Origin: Naegleria gruberi
Taxonomy: Eukaryota
DNA length: 64,000 nucleotides
Assembly (NCBI GenBank): GCA_000004985.1
Contig: GG738850.1
Strand: one strand, 5' to 3'
Shown here: positions 45,186 through 55,535 of the stretch, piece after piece
How positions within the stretch are numbered: the first letter of the stretch is position 1
Layout: the number at the start of each line of letters is the position of its first letter
Made by a program: the position numbers and the translations under genes
Notes under the pieces: model-generated
Seen by the model: only the letters and a program-made list of their open reading frames with translations
What the model was told of the DNA's origin: nothing
Databases searched by the model: none

Positions 45186-46958
45186 ATGCTTAGCCAAGCA
45201 GCTTTGAAAAAAACAATGCAACTCAATTACCTTTTGTTTGGAAAGCAAAGTGGTGTTGACTTGCATCCACTCAAAGTTGTTACCAGCGATGGTTTCATTC
45301 AGTTTAATTCTGCATCACTTTCTAATAACAATGCTCATCATTCGAATAGACTATTCTTCTCTTCACTCAACAAAACCAGAATAATAGTTTCAATTCTAAT
45401 AGTTGTCATCCTCTTTATTCTTCTGAGACACTTCACCTCTCCAAAACATCAACAACATGCCATCTTTCTAGAGTTTGCCAAATTATTAACAAATCCTTCA
45501 AACTCAATTGACCAAACCAGAGAAGGAACCTACGCTTGGTACAGGTACCAGTTAGAAAAGAACAATAGATTGGGTAACACACTCTTCAAAGACCCAATCA
45601 TGACAAGATTAGGTTTCCAGTCAACCTCCACAACAAGTAAAGAGTTGTTTCACTACTTTCGAACATTTAAAACCAAAGAAAAGTGTTCGAAACAACATAC
45701 ATGTAAAATTTATGCAGACAAGACAGCTGGTGAGTTCTTAGAAGAAGGTGTACCATTGGATGCTGTTCTTCATCATTGTTTCTATGGAGAACCTTTCTTT
45801 TTGAATTCACTATTGGATGAAGCATCAATTGTGAAGGAATTTCAACATGAAATTGTGGATTCGAATGGAAAATTGAAACGAAACGAAATGTTTACTCATG
45901 CGCAGGATATTCTATTACATTCCCATAGGATGGACGAAAGCCAAGGCGAGAAAATGTGGAGAGGAATGAGAAGATTGTCACTTCTCATGTGCAGTGAAGC
46001 TGTCGTTGTGAATCAACTTGAAAAATTATCACAAAATCCAAATTCACTCCTTCCTCAAATGTCAATGGAAAAATTTGCCCAGTCAACTGCAGATATCTCA
46101 ATTTGTTTTCTTTCTACATGCTCTGTTTGGGTTAATTATCAATATAATTACATGTCTCTTTCAAATTCTGATAAATTTGGTACGAAACCCTTCTCCAAAA
46201 ATAAGGGAATTTGCTCCTTCATTTCCAATTGTGATAGAGGAGGAACAGAACTCAAACAACGTTATGAACTATTGCAATATCTTTCCAAGTACATTCCAGT
46301 GAAACAATTTGGCAAATGTGGCAAGAATTCACAAGAAGGAAAAGGCGGGAAACCTTTCGAATTGGAAAATAATTGTCGATTCTATTATGCAGCTGAGAAT
46401 TCCATTACAAAAGATTATGTCACTGAGAAATTCTTTGAAGGAATCAAAGCACTGGAAAATGGAGCTAGAATGATCATGTTGTATCGTGGGGCTCCAAATT
46501 TGAGAATTGATTTCGGATTTCCAAAGAGTTTGTTTATTGACCAATCGGATTTCCAATCTGTTGATGAATTGGGAAGATTTTTGAAGAAACTAAATGAAGA
46601 TGATCAAGCATTTGAGGAATATTTCAATAGAATGATTATTCAGGAAAGAAGCAAAGTCGATAGTGCACTTGCTGGTTTCGAATATCGTTTAGGTTCGAAT
46701 ATTCCATGTAGAATTTGTAAGATAATAGGACAAATGAAATTGGCAAGATATCTATTATTCAAAATTGGATTCCAATCAACAAATAGACCAAAAATTAATT
46801 TGAAAGAATGGAATAATTTCAAATATCAAAGATTTTCATCTTTTTCAGCCGAACGATTGAAAATTCTTGATGAAATTTATTATTATGGATACGAAATCTT
46901 TCATAAGGAGAATAACAATCAGAATGAGTTTGGTCGTGGTTGGAACTTTGATAATTAA
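45186..46958 (+). CDS. alpha-1,3-fucosyltransferase (glycosyltransferase family GT10), type II membrane protein, 590 aa
   Basis: N-terminal signal-anchor IIVSILIVVILFILL. C-terminal …CSFISNCDRGGTELKQRYELLQYLSKYIPVKQFGKCG…CRFYYAAENSITKDYVTEKFFEGIKALENGARMIMLYRG… matches the FucT motifs (FVVSNC…R…L…VDxYGxCG; YKFYLAFENS.C.DYITEKFW..L..G.VPVV.G). Confidence 0.7.
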   Translation: MLSQAALKKTMQLNYLLFGKQSGVDLHPLKVVTSDGFIQFNSASLSNNNAHHSNRLFFSSLNKTRIIVSILIVVILFILLRHFTSPKHQQHAIFLEFAKLLTNPSNSIDQTREGTYAWYRYQLEKNNRLGNTLFKDPIMTRLGFQSTSTTSKELFHYFRTFKTKEKCSKQHTCKIYADKTAGEFLEEGVPLDAVLHHCFYGEPFFLNSLLDEASIVKEFQHEIVDSNGKLKRNEMFTHAQDILLHSHRMDESQGEKMWRGMRRLSLLMCSEAVVVNQLEKLSQNPNSLLPQMSMEKFAQSTADISICFLSTCSVWVNYQYNYMSLSNSDKFGTKPFSKNKGICSFISNCDRGGTELKQRYELLQYLSKYIPVKQFGKCGKNSQEGKGGKPFELENNCRFYYAAENSITKDYVTEKFFEGIKALENGARMIMLYRGAPNLRIDFGFPKSLFIDQSDFQSVDELGRFLKKLNEDDQAFEEYFNRMIIQERSKVDSALAGFEYRLGSNIPCRICKIIGQMKLARYLLFKIGFQSTNRPKINLKEWNNFKYQRFSSFSAERLKILDEIYYYGYEIFHKENNNQNEFGRGWNFDN

Positions 46959-47004
46959 AGTTTAGTATTAACTATTTCACAAACGAAAGCTCAATAATAT
47001 TAAT

Positions 47005-48714
47005 TCAGATTACGTTTGCTTTCGAAATTTGTGTTACACTTTCTAATCTTGTCAATGTTTGAAAATCAACTCGTCCCTCTCTTTCTCTCCACTCCTCCAA
47101 TACTATTCGAATCTTTTCATTCGACTGCCTCAATCGCTCTAAAACATCCTTCAAAGTGAGAAGAGTTTGAATTTGAACCTCCTCAAACAATTCATCAGAT
47201 AATTCATCATCACACATGGCACTATTAATTTTCAGCAAGATATCCTCCCTAATTGCATTCATATTTGGTAAATTCAATTCGTACACTCCTCCAGGTGTCA
47301 AGTAACAATTGATTATTTCCAGAGCCACTAATTTCCTCTTCTTAAAGTTATTGGCCTGTTTAAACTTGGAAATGTCCTTGTATACGAGAACTCCTTCAGG
47401 ACAGAATGATCTCCTCGAATATTCCAATAACATTTCACAAGTTTCATTCTTATTGAGAATGAACTCCAATTCATTACTAAATATTTCAACTTTTCTCAAA
47501 TCTTTTGCAATGGCATACAGAACTGGTAAGGTCACCGTTATGAAAATCTCAATCGTACAATACGAAACCATAACCAATCCTGATGGAAACACATGATCAA
47601 TCATTTTGAAGAAATCCATAGCCAAACACGTATAAATAATAGCTGCACTAATTTGAAGAACCATTGTAACAATAGTCTCCACTTTGATATAGTAGGTATC
47701 CTTTTCAGTTTTCAACAACCAAAAGAACGCAAACAGTTCAATTGCTATGTAAATCACATATAGAATGAGGATGGTTATGGTGGTTGGAAATAATGTGTAA
47801 CAACCTCTTAGGGAGATCATGGCAGCTTCTTGCATGATAAATCTTGCATTTGAAAAGAAAGATTCCTCAATCACTGCAAAAACAAACCAAATCAAAGTTT
47901 GAATTCCGTAAATGGTAATAAATATAAAAATTGACCACTTTTTTGAATGTACTATATAATGTGCCTTTCTAAGTAAGAGTTCTCTCTTGTCAATATTATT
48001 GTGTAAATCCAAATATTGTTTAAATTCCTTCAGTTTCTGTTGAGGTACTGAGATTAGTCCAGTTGGACTTGTAGGTGAACTTGTGAGCGAAGATGGACTA
48101 GTTGGAGATCGTGATAGACTTTCCACCGAAGGTATACTATTCAATTCTTCATTATTCCTATTCGATTCCTTACAATTTTCATCCAGTTCATTTTTTCTCA
48201 ATTCATTTTCCTTAAAATTTTGAGCTTTAAACCAATTTACTCTCCACTGTGTATAAACTCTCACATTTCTCAAAGTATTTGGTACTGTATAACTTGCTGG
48301 CATTACAAAAAACATTAAACTATAAACTAAACATGGAAACAAATCTCTGCCAATCATGTATCTCAACGAATAAACACTCACTATTGAAATACTCGATGCA
48401 ATTGTGAAATACATGCCTGCTGTTGATCGTGCAATGATGTGAGTCGAATTTCTCTTCCATATGAACCCAAAAATTGAAAGAGTCACTAAGCAAATGTAAA
48501 ATACGAAAGCAAACCCTGCAAGAATGGGAACCGAAATGGCATCCGGGCATTGGTTAGGAATGTTTCGTTGTCGAGGGACAAGAGTAAGGGAAAGTAACCA
48601 TGATTCGCATTCTGTAGCATTGCTGTTGTTTATAATTGTATTATTGGTTTGTTGCCTTGTAGAATTGATTTCGTATATTGTTTCTAATAATTTGCTTGCA
48701 TGTTGATTCATCAT
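47005..48714 (-). CDS. seven-transmembrane receptor with C-terminal RGS domain (7TM–RGS fusion), 569 aa
   Basis: About seven hydrophobic helices between residues 60 and 400. C-terminal …EMLLEYSRRSFCPEGVLVYKDISKFKQ…LVALEIINCYLTPGGVYELNLPNMNAIREDILLKINSAMCDDELSDELFEEVQIQTLLTLKDVLERL… fits the RGS fold consensus. The architecture is that of plant AtRGS1 and fungal class-VI GPCRs. Confidence 0.65.
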   Translation of the reverse strand: MMNQHASKLLETIYEINSTRQQTNNTIINNSNATECESWLLSLTLVPRQRNIPNQCPDAISVPILAGFAFVFYICLVTLSIFGFIWKRNSTHIIARSTAGMYFTIASSISIVSVYSLRYMIGRDLFPCLVYSLMFFVMPASYTVPNTLRNVRVYTQWRVNWFKAQNFKENELRKNELDENCKESNRNNEELNSIPSVESLSRSPTSPSSLTSSPTSPTGLISVPQQKLKEFKQYLDLHNNIDKRELLLRKAHYIVHSKKWSIFIFITIYGIQTLIWFVFAVIEESFFSNARFIMQEAAMISLRGCYTLFPTTITILILYVIYIAIELFAFFWLLKTEKDTYYIKVETIVTMVLQISAAIIYTCLAMDFFKMIDHVFPSGLVMVSYCTIEIFITVTLPVLYAIAKDLRKVEIFSNELEFILNKNETCEMLLEYSRRSFCPEGVLVYKDISKFKQANNFKKRKLVALEIINCYLTPGGVYELNLPNMNAIREDILLKINSAMCDDELSDELFEEVQIQTLLTLKDVLERLRQSNEKIRIVLEEWREREGRVDFQTLTRLESVTQISKANVI

Positions 48715-48867
48715 TCAAGAGATGTTGTCGTATTTTATTTTAAACTTATGATATCATTGATAGTATATCTCTAAGCTTCCAATAAAAAAGGAGTCTGATT
48801 TACTCCATCAAGAAACACATCAATTCACGTAATGAGTTTTTGACGTTTTTATCTCTTATTCGAAACA

Positions 48868-50170
48868 TTGAAAAAAATGTTTCCACATTCACCCTCAAAA
48901 ACAGTCATGGCCATGATTCAAGGGGGTGATTTAAAGCCAAAGAGTCCTCCTCCATCAACGTTAAGAGGTTTAGTTTCTAATAATTTTGAAAATGAAGTTC
49001 AGGAGGTCACTGCAAAATTCATTCAATCTTTGCAAGTTATTCGAAATGAAACTATTGAGCAAGCTAAACAGCAAATTGAAGTGGAGAGACAAGAATTGGA
49101 AATGGAAAAGAAAGAATGGGAAATGGAAAAGGAAAGATTATTGAAAATGAATCCAATTCAAGATGAAATTGTTTATTTAGATGTTGGCGGGAAATTGTTT
49201 ACAACAAGTATTCAAACTTTAAAGAATTGTTATCCAATTCTGGATTGGAAAGTGAATTGAAAGGTAATTTCTTTACCAGTATGTTTTATGGAAGGTTTTC
49301 CTTATCAAAAACGAATGAGGGAAGAATTTTCATTGATAGAGATGGTCAACTCTTTGAATATATTATGGAATACTTGAGGAATGGTGAAATTCTATTGGAT
49401 GATAACTTGCCAGAGCATCAAATATTGAAAAAGAAGATTCTGAGAGAGGCTATGTTTTATAGAATGGAAGATTTGATTATTTATCTGAGTGGAGATTCAT
49501 CACAGCTTGATTCGAATAACTTGAAAATTGTGGAAGTGAACCAAAAATTTAAGTATGTGAGTGATTTTGATGAGAATGGGTTGTTTTATTGGATTGGAAA
49601 GAAGCATTCTCAAAGAACAAAGAAAGATTCTTGGTCAAATCCGTATGAAGGTAAGTGTGAAAATTAACAATTTGTAAAAACTTCAAATTCTTCTTGCAGC
49701 TGGATTGGTAAATATCATAACAGATGCCAATTATTACTGTGTGCCAATTCGGGGTGATTTAAATTCCAATAATTTGGCCTATATATTTGAAAGACAAAGT
49801 GTCAAATTCAACCATTGCCTCAGCAATTGGTTCTTCATTTGTAATTGACTTGAAAACATTTGAATTTCAGCTTGAAAGAGTGACCCTATCATGTAATTAT
49901 ATGCCAGCTCACTGGTTTAGAGAGATTACAATAGGAGGATCAAACGATGGTGTAGTTTGGAAGTATGCTCGATTGAGGAGAGTTTCGTCCACCTTATTAG
50001 ATTCCTCTACTTTAGATTCTCAACCAATTAAGAACTGGATCATCGAACCAAGTTCAAATACGGAGTCAGCCTTCAGTTACAGATATTTCAACATTCGTTC
50101 ATTGTCTCAATCACAAACACTCCTCTCCTCCATTGAATTTTATGGAAAGATTACTACAGTATTACAGTAA
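48868..50170 (+). CDS. BTB/POZ (KCTD-type K+-channel tetramerisation domain) protein with C-terminal beta-sandwich-like domain; gene model unresolved (frame discontinuity at about 49228–49262; introns 49651..49699 and probably 49801..49870)
   Basis: …IVYLDVGGKLFTTSIQTLKNCYP (frame 1) continues as …NSGLESELKGNFFTSMFYGRFSLSKTNEGRIFIDRDGQLFEYIMEYLRNGEILL…EAMFYRMEDL in another frame (BTB_2 consensus V.LNVGG..F.TS..TL…MFSGR…FIDRDG..F..IL.YLR.G). Downstream exons encode …CNYMPAHWFREITIGGSNDGVVWKYA…IEFYG…. Confidence 0.5.
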
Positions 50171-50410
50171 CTACGCCTCCAACTAACTTCCAACTTACTT
50201 CCATTACAATAAAAATCCAAGTATTAACAATGTCATCAACAGCCCTTCACAAAACCACCCCCAAAATACATCCTCTCTATATTATCGAACTTTCCATTTG
50301 ATTTCCTCAACAATTCACTTCACACAAAGCCTCCTCTCAACTCGATGTCAAATCCAATAAATATCCACCAACAAAAACCTCAATTTCAAAAAATATCCGA
50401 TTAAAAAAAA

Positions 50411-51325
50411 ATGTTGTACGGTATTGGCACCTCACCTTCATACGGCACAACCTCCTCACAATATCAAGTCAGTTTTGACTCGATGAGTGAGAAGTTTAAT
50501 GAAAACTTCCCGATCATTTTGCAACAACGTATTCATCCGCAAAATTTCTCTGAAACGATGAATCATTGTTCAAAGATTATGAAGGAACAAATGGCAAATA
50601 TTCAAACCTCTAGATGGATGGGATTGTTGGTCTTTTTTGTTGTTTTCTTCTGTACTCTTGCATTGACTGGTATTCCATTGTTGGTTTATTTCTTGGCCTA
50701 TGCTAATAATGATAATAGTGATCCGACTGGTGGTATTGTAAGTTGATTATTTGTTGATCTGATGATGAAATTAATTGAATTTAATATTGACTTTAATATT
50801 GAAATAATGATGATGATGATTGTAATTTGATGAAATATAATATATTGTGGAAATTAGTGGGTATGGATTCTCTTCCCACTCTTGTATGTCTTTTTTATTA
50901 TTGTCCTCATTATGTGGTCAGTTAGAAGAAGACGTCAAATCATCAATTCACATGCTCAATGTAAAACTGCTCTTACTAATTATTTGGAACATGAAAATCA
51001 AACAATTTATAATAGAGCTGGAGTTCAATTAGTATTGAGATATGATACCAGAATTATTATGACAAATCGTTATACTATTGCTTTGACTTACAAGTATTTG
51101 ATGGTATTGCCTTGTATTGATGTTTATATTGCTGGAAACACACCTGTTGTTGTTAATCAAATTCAACCTGTTATCCAACAACCTATTGTCCAACAACCAA
51201 TTATCACTCAACCAGTTACTTATGATCCAAATGCTTATGGTGGTTATCAACAAGCTACTACTGTTTACTCTCAACCAACTCATCAATATGAAAAGGTTGA
51301 CAATCCTAACCAACCATTATTGTAA
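50411..51325 (+). CDS. small two-TM membrane protein with Pro/Gln-rich C-terminal tail (about 264 aa); exon 1 50411..50737, 120-nt intron 50738..50857 (ATT|GTAAGT…AAATTAG), exon 2 50858..51325
   Basis: Hydrophobic segments GLLVFFVVFFCTLALTGIPLLVYFLAY and WVWILFPLLYVFFIIVLIMW. Tail …PVIQQPIVQQPIITQPVTYDPNAYGGYQQATTVYSQP…. Splice is phase 0. Confidence 0.4.
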
Positions 51326-51445
51326 ATTATTAATAATACATTTTTATTATTGATTTACAATTTTAGTAATTTTCCTTAAATATATGAAACCCAGATCTAC
51401 GTAGATTCAACAGTATTGAAAAGGTGAAATTTCATTGTTAGAAAA

Positions 51446-54055
51446 ATGTTTGGAAATGAAACCGTTTCGAGTATGGAGGACATGAATGGCAGCTCAACCA
51501 ACAAACCAACAGTCGCACAAGCATCATCATCAACTGATAAGAAGTTTTCAATTATTGTAACGAATGAGGAATCAAAAACCTCAACAGATGTGAATCTAAT
51601 GGTGGATCCGCCACTTTATGAAATTGCAAATGAGAATAACCATCTACATACTACCAATATTGTCAACTCGAGAAGACCCTCTAATAACAGCACTACCTCA
51701 TCAATGATACATCCCATTCATGCCAAACCACATCCAATCTATGGCAGAAGGGATACCATCTTTACCTTTGATGAGGTAATCACTCATTTGCCAGAAGGAA
51801 CTAATCAAACTAATCAGCAGCAGCAACTGCCAAGCATTGAAGTGAATGAAAAGCAAAATCCCACACCAGGCAGCAACAATAGTGGGAATTTATTATTTGG
51901 ATATTGTGGGAGAGGAGTGAGGATTAGTCATGTACTATTAATTCTGTTCATCATTCAAGGATTGGTTGGATTGGTTCCATCCCTCATTCTCATGTACACG
52001 AGTGGAAATAGTATTTTGGAAAGAGTTTCTAAATTCCAGGCACAACAAACTCAAACCTATGTGAATTTTGAGATTAGTCGAATTGTTAATACTTCACAAT
52101 TAGTCATTCAACATATCAGATTTGAGTTGGAGAATGGATTTACACTTTCAAACCTCACAGAAATGACTTTATTTGCAACTTATTTGAGGAATCTTTATGT
52201 GAATAGATCTCCACTCACGGCTGTTCAATTTGGCATGTTTATGGATAATTATGTTGGTACATTAGATATTCCTCCAATTTATCCACCAGTAATTGAATAT
52301 TTGAATGGGACTGGAGATTTATTGTATCACTATAGATTAGAAGAAGATAGCATCGAAAATCCCTTGCAAGATCGATACCTTTACAATGTTGAACCTTTCA
52401 GATTCAAACCATCCCATAGACCTTGGTATGTGCCATTTACTCTCCCAAATGCAACAGAAAGAAGATGGTCAGAAATTTATGTTTCCACATTTGGACAGCT
52501 CTCTATCAATACTGCAATGCCTGTCTTTGTAAAGGAGAATATTACAGCTGCAGTATTGTCAGGGAAACCAATTGATCAGTTTAATTTTCAAATATGTGAT
52601 TGTAACCACCCTGATCACTTGTATGGAGTATTTGGAGCTCTGTTCGCACTCAAAGGACTCAATTCATTCCTCAATGACACTTCAAGACCTTACAGCTTTA
52701 TTAGTTACAGTTTTATTATGCAAAGAAATGGATCTGTCATTGCATCGAGTAGACATAACACGACCACATCCAGTAGCATTCTAGAAGAAGAGGAAGAGAT
52801 TGATCAAGTTGCAGCCTATATTATCAATCTAGGTCTATTCAAAAATAGTACAATTCCAGGTGAATGCACTTTCAAATTTAGAGGAAAGAATGTAGCCATA
52901 ACACCAGTCTATGATAATTATGGACTTTCTTGGGCTATTGTCATTGGATCTAAGGATGCAGATATTTTAAAAGAGCTACTATCGAGTGGAATGACTTCAG
53001 TTGTGGTTTTTATTGTCATTTTAGTTGCAGGATCCTTAGCATTATTTGTGACTGTACAGTTGTTTGCTCAGCCATTAAATAACGTGCACAGAAAGCTTTC
53101 TAAAATTTTGAGTGACAAGAATCTATCAAAGGATTTGTCAAATCCAAAAATTACAACTGCTGGACTGATTTTCTTTGATATTGGAGAAATGGAAAATGGA
53201 ATTAATTCGCTCAAGAGAGGAGTTTCAGCATTTTCTAAATTTATTTCACCAACAATAATGAAAAAAGTTATTAGAAATGAACATTATTTGGATGTTGGAA
53301 TGATAATTCAAAACATGTCAATTTTGGTTTTAAGTATTAGTAATTTCTCTCAATTAGCAGAACAAACTGATATTTCTACATTTGTTTCATTAATGACTGA
53401 TTATTTTGGAAGTTTGACAAAGGTGATGGAAGATCATCGTGGATTAATTGACATGATTACAGGCGAAAGATTGCAAGTAGTGTGGAATGACTCATCCATG
53501 CCTGTTGAAGAACATGAAGTGAGAGCATGTAAAGCTGCAATGGAAGCTATAGAAGTTGTTGAAGAATTGAATAACACCTGGATAAAGGAGAAACATTTGG
53601 AGATGGATTTTTCAGTGTGTATGAGTATTTCGAGTGGAAATATGATGTATGGTAGCATTGGAAGTGAGCATCGATTGAATTTCACAGCCATGGGAGATGA
53701 TGTCAATATAGCAGTAAAGTTGGCAAATCTCAATCCACATTATGAGGCCGATATTCTCATTACTGAAAATACCTATCAACATGTAAAGAATGAATTTGTT
53801 TGTTACTTTGTGGACTATATAATATTGAATGGAAAGGAAAGTCCAACCATGATCTACAGTTTGGAATGTGAAAGAAGTGTTGCTAGTGACCTTCAGGTAA
53901 AAGTAGCAACAGATTTGGAATTGGCACGTAACTATTGGTTCCAAAACAATTATAGAGCCATGTACGATATTTGTGAAAGATTGAGTCTCATTTCTCATTC
54001 AAAAATAATTAATAATTTATTGTTAAAAGCAAAAAGAAAAATTACACATAATTAA
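51446..54055 (+). CDS. receptor-type class III adenylyl/guanylyl cyclase-like protein (869 aa): TM1, about 340-aa extracytoplasmic sensor domain, TM2, cyclase-homology domain with non-canonical metal-binding residues
   Basis: TM helices ISHVLLILFIIQGLVGLVPSLILMY and MTSVVVFIVILVAGSLALFVTV. C-terminal …MSILVLSISNFSQLAEQTDISTFVSLMTDYFGSLTKVMEDHRGLIDMITGERLQVVWN…CMSISSGNMMYGSIGSEHRLNFTAMGDDVNIAVKLAN… aligns with VTILFSDIVGFT…KTIGDAYM…G.VN.A.R of class III cyclases. The two metal-binding Asp positions are Ser (LSISNF) and Glu (ITGERL). Confidence 0.7.
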   Translation: MFGNETVSSMEDMNGSSTNKPTVAQASSSTDKKFSIIVTNEESKTSTDVNLMVDPPLYEIANENNHLHTTNIVNSRRPSNNSTTSSMIHPIHAKPHPIYGRRDTIFTFDEVITHLPEGTNQTNQQQQLPSIEVNEKQNPTPGSNNSGNLLFGYCGRGVRISHVLLILFIIQGLVGLVPSLILMYTSGNSILERVSKFQAQQTQTYVNFEISRIVNTSQLVIQHIRFELENGFTLSNLTEMTLFATYLRNLYVNRSPLTAVQFGMFMDNYVGTLDIPPIYPPVIEYLNGTGDLLYHYRLEEDSIENPLQDRYLYNVEPFRFKPSHRPWYVPFTLPNATERRWSEIYVSTFGQLSINTAMPVFVKENITAAVLSGKPIDQFNFQICDCNHPDHLYGVFGALFALKGLNSFLNDTSRPYSFISYSFIMQRNGSVIASSRHNTTTSSSILEEEEEIDQVAAYIINLGLFKNSTIPGECTFKFRGKNVAITPVYDNYGLSWAIVIGSKDADILKELLSSGMTSVVVFIVILVAGSLALFVTVQLFAQPLNNVHRKLSKILSDKNLSKDLSNPKITTAGLIFFDIGEMENGINSLKRGVSAFSKFISPTIMKKVIRNEHYLDVGMIIQNMSILVLSISNFSQLAEQTDISTFVSLMTDYFGSLTKVMEDHRGLIDMITGERLQVVWNDSSMPVEEHEVRACKAAMEAIEVVEELNNTWIKEKHLEMDFSVCMSISSGNMMYGSIGSEHRLNFTAMGDDVNIAVKLANLNPHYEADILITENTYQHVKNEFVCYFVDYIILNGKESPTMIYSLECERSVASDLQVKVATDLELARNYWFQNNYRAMYDICERLSLISHSKIINNLLLKAKRKITHN

Positions 54056-55086
54056 ACCTTATTAGATTTGGAAAGTAGTGTTTGATTTTCATGAGATTCT
54101 TCCTCAGAACCATACGATAACTCAGAGTCATCTGTGTGATGGTTATTGTTACTGGTACTGTATTGAGAAGATACAGGACGACGAGCCATTTGAATATCCA
54201 TCTTTCCAATTCTATTTCTTTCTTGTTCAAATTTCTTCTCAGCACGATATGCATTCACATTATCAACAATGGCCTTGATGAGCAGGGAAATCAACATGAT
54301 AGCAATAATGGGTCCAAACATTGTAACCATAGCAACTGGAACATTAGGATTATGAATGGTTGTCTTGCAATATTGGAAAATCATATTGGTTGCAGTGAAT
54401 CCAGGAGTAAATGTTTGCATACTTTTCAGTTCAGCACCATTCTTGAATAGAATTGTTGTTTCAGGACCTTCGGAACTTGATTTAGCTGATCCACCTCCAA
54501 AAGTTTTGACATTTGAAAGTAAACTTGTTGGATAAATGACTGAAACTGAAATGTCCTTAATTACTTGAGCAGGATCATTGCCTACAGACCATAGGAATTT
54601 TGTTGAATTTTTAAACGAGAAGAAAGGTCCTCTAATCGAATATTTGTATTCGATTGTAAAAATTTGCATAGTATCAACTTGTTTTGAAAAATCTATCTGA
54701 ATGTAGTGATTCTTGCTGTTTGTTGTCGATTTATACACGTCAACATCAACTATTTTGTTACTTGTTGTTGAGACTATTATTGCCGAAACTTGTTCCACAT
54801 TATTTCCAAATGGCATACCCACAGGCAGATTTCTAGTAATTGTCTTGGTTTTACTATCAAAAATATAAGAAACTCTTTCTGTTACTTTCGCAACACACAA
54901 CAAATCACTATTCAATTTAATTTCGGATTCAAATTTTGTTATTGAATAATCTTGTTGTGTAGAATCTTGTACGAAAAGTAAAATAATTACTAGTATAATA
55001 CAAAGAGAGAGAAAACCTCTTGTTCTTCCAATGATCCGATCATCATATTTTGAAAAATGTCGTCCCCTGATGATGATTGTAGACAT
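54052..55086 (-). CDS. hypothetical membrane glycoprotein, 344 aa (N-terminal signal anchor, C-terminal TM); stop codon overlaps the stop of the convergent cyclase-like gene on TTAA (54052–54055)
   Basis: ATG-initiated ORF. Hydrophobic segments FLSLCIILVIILLF and VAMVTMFGPIIAIMLISLLI. Many NxS/T sites. I recognised no family. Confidence 0.45.
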   Translation of the reverse strand: MSTIIIRGRHFSKYDDRIIGRTRGFLSLCIILVIILLFVQDSTQQDYSITKFESEIKLNSDLLCVAKVTERVSYIFDSKTKTITRNLPVGMPFGNNVEQVSAIIVSTTSNKIVDVDVYKSTTNSKNHYIQIDFSKQVDTMQIFTIEYKYSIRGPFFSFKNSTKFLWSVGNDPAQVIKDISVSVIYPTSLLSNVKTFGGGSAKSSSEGPETTILFKNGAELKSMQTFTPGFTATNMIFQYCKTTIHNPNVPVAMVTMFGPIIAIMLISLLIKAIVDNVNAYRAEKKFEQERNRIGKMDIQMARRPVSSQYSTSNNNHHTDDSELSYGSEEESHENQTLLSKSNKV

Positions 55087-55535
55087 TTTTTTAAAATGAT
55101 GAAATTTCAGTGACTTGTCCTGACATGATTTTTGGAGGTAATTTGATGAAAAACTCTCAAATCACTCCTCATTAGTCAGTTGGTAATTTTGGCTACAATG
55201 CGAATATCAAATTTAATTCATCATGTTTTTATTAATATTAAACTGAATTGTAGTGTAAAGTGTTGTTTTTGTTGGATGGTGCTACAATAATAATCAAATA
55301 TTTTCATCATCAAATGATTATTATTATTTTAATTAAAAAATTAAATATTTTAATCATCGGGATGAAATAATCAATCAAACGATAAATTGATCAAACCTCA
55401 TATCCGTGAAAGACAAATCAAGTCCAAATAAGAACAATGGATATGCGTTCTTCACAGCTTCAACCTTTGAAAAAAACAAGACGATTTGCTTGCTGAAAAT
55501 CTTCTTTGCTCACGGAATCTTTAATTTATTATTTA

